DNA from: Candidatus Sumerlaeales bacterium
GTDB taxonomy: Bacteria; Sumerlaeota; Sumerlaeia; Sumerlaeales; Sumerlaeaceae
Assembly (NCBI GenBank): GCA_038243585.1
Contig: JBBSQY010000001.1
Span: forward strand, 120,369 to 184,368
DNA length: 64,000 bases
Reading direction: 5' to 3'
Part shown: positions 62,800 to 64,000 of the stretch, in pieces
Layout: every line of letters starts with the position of its first letter
Position numbering within the stretch: position 1 is the stretch's first letter
The notes under the pieces: generated by a model
Databases searched by the model: none
What the model was told of the DNA's origin: nothing
The model's input: the letters and a program-made list of their open reading frames with translations, nothing else
Made by a program: the position numbers and the translations under genes

Positions 62800-62899
62800 A
62801 GCAGATTTAAACACTATACTGAGAGCGGGTTATTCAGTTTAGCTATCCGGAAAAGCTGTCATTTCTCCTTATTTACCGCCAGCCCGCCTGGGCGCTTTA

Positions 62900-64000
62900 T
62901 TAATAAAGCGCCCAGTCTTTCACTGCCGTTCCGGGAATCACGTCGGCACTAAAATTATCGAAATGAGCGCCACGCTGGGCGGGGAAACCACCGACATTAC
63001 TTGTGTACCCCATTCCGCATCGACCGGAGATGAAGGTGGTATCTGTAACGGAAGCCTTCAAATCACCGTTTAGGTAATACCGGATGGAATCGCCCTGCGC
63101 TTCAATGCGCATGGTGTACCAGCCACTGGTGGTGATGTTAATTTTTGGCAAAGCGAAATCAACAGGCGAATTCAGGGGCCCTCCCGCGCCGTCTATTATT
63201 TTAGCGCACCGGAGCCATCCGTCATCAGAGTCCCAGGTCATGGCGTAGCAGTTGCCGGCGCCCTCAAAGGTTTGATCCCATCCGGCGAAACCGTCATCAC
63301 GCAAAAAGATGCCGTAGCGTTCCCAGGTTCCGTAGGACGGGTTATAGTTCAGGTAGACGTCGGCTTCAACAAAATAGTCCCGGTGCTCCGGACGCCCCAC
63401 TCTCACGGTCTCATAGGCGCCGTCGCCCGTATTGGTTGCGTCTGTCAGTTTCAGAACCTTGCCATCGCCGCCCGGCGAGGCTGGGCTGGAATTGACAACC
63501 TGACAGCGCACGAACTTCGGCTTTCCAAAATCCAGCAGACCCAGCGAATCAAAATTTTCAGTAATTGGAAACTCATTCGAAGGCAATGCCGCCAGATTGA
63601 CGGCGGCATTGTAAAGTTGTGGGTACACGACCATCTTGCTGTCCGCCTGCACCCAGCCCCAATCAGGACGCGGTCCTGGTAGTACGTGTGTAGGAACCGG
63701 TATCGGAATCCGGTACCAGTTACCGGGCGCCTGTTGATCCGCCACAAAACGACCACCGGCAAAAAGAACGTAACCGATAATGGTTGAAGTTGTGTCGGCA
63801 GTGGCCCGTATGGGATAAATGGTGTTAAGCTGAGCGGTATGCACATAAGGGCCTGTATCCGGCAAGGGCTGAATGACCGTACCCGTCAGCACTTCGTCTA
63901 CATCTAACGCACGCACCCAACCGGACCGATTGCCAGGATTGTTCGGGATAAAGATTCGCCAGTACCCGCGCTTGTCAAAGGATGCGAAATACATCTGATC
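62900..64000 (-). CDS. Extracellular-type protein (5'-truncated): SH3-like repeats, lectin-like beta-sandwich, C-terminal VKDWALY tag
   Basis: GYWRI...GWV and NWYRI...GWV units; WYTMRIEAQG..IRYYLNG...VTD....SG..G; frame open to window edge. Confidence 0.8.
   Translation of the reverse strand, partial: DQMYFASFDKRGYWRIFIPNNPGNRSGWVRALDVDEVLTGTVIQPLPDTGPYVHTAQLNTIYPIRATADTTSTIIGYVLFAGGRFVADQQAPGNWYRIPIPVPTHVLPGPRPDWGWVQADSKMVVYPQLYNAAVNLAALPSNEFPITENFDSLGLLDFGKPKFVRCQVVNSSPASPGGDGKVLKLTDATNTGDGAYETVRVGRPEHRDYFVEADVYLNYNPSYGTWERYGIFLRDDGFAGWDQTFEGAGNCYAMTWDSDDGWLRCAKIIDGAGGPLNSPVDFALPKINITTSGWYTMRIEAQGDSIRYYLNGDLKASVTDTTFISGRCGMGYTSNVGGFPAQRGAHFDNFSADVIPGTAVKDWALY

Overview
64 kb of a moderately GC-rich bacterial chromosome, mostly housekeeping and envelope genes. 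These include a partial iscS, queD, purA, an ECF sigma factor, rhaT plus a sugar isomerase, several ABC transporters, dut, glpT, terC, a MarR-RND efflux unit, tRNA-Ile2(CAT), a wecA-like GT4, a CNNM/CorC protein, a GldA/F/G-DUF4340 ABC system, a PGRP amidase, dusB, nagB, ybeY and sahR-like-ahcY. No CRISPR array, integrase or transposase is visible. Most interesting signals: (1) two unrelated extracellular-type proteins end in the same 7-residue tag V-x-D-W-x-x-Y, a candidate lineage-specific C-terminal sorting signal. I recall it from Ca. Sumerlaeota/BRC1 proteins; that taxonomy is unverified inference. (2) An AT-rich cassette at about 32.8-35.7 kb is led by a Cys-rich secreted protein whose GC content drops mid-gene, and is bracketed by REP clusters (polymorphic-effector-like layout). 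(3) A non-canonical cyclase-Ser/Thr kinase-TM-WD40 receptor. (4) Three GTAG/GGAG REP families with inverted doublets. (5) A small lipoprotein, absent from the ORF track, inserted in the gld operon. Gene calls come from recognised motifs only; no searches were run.
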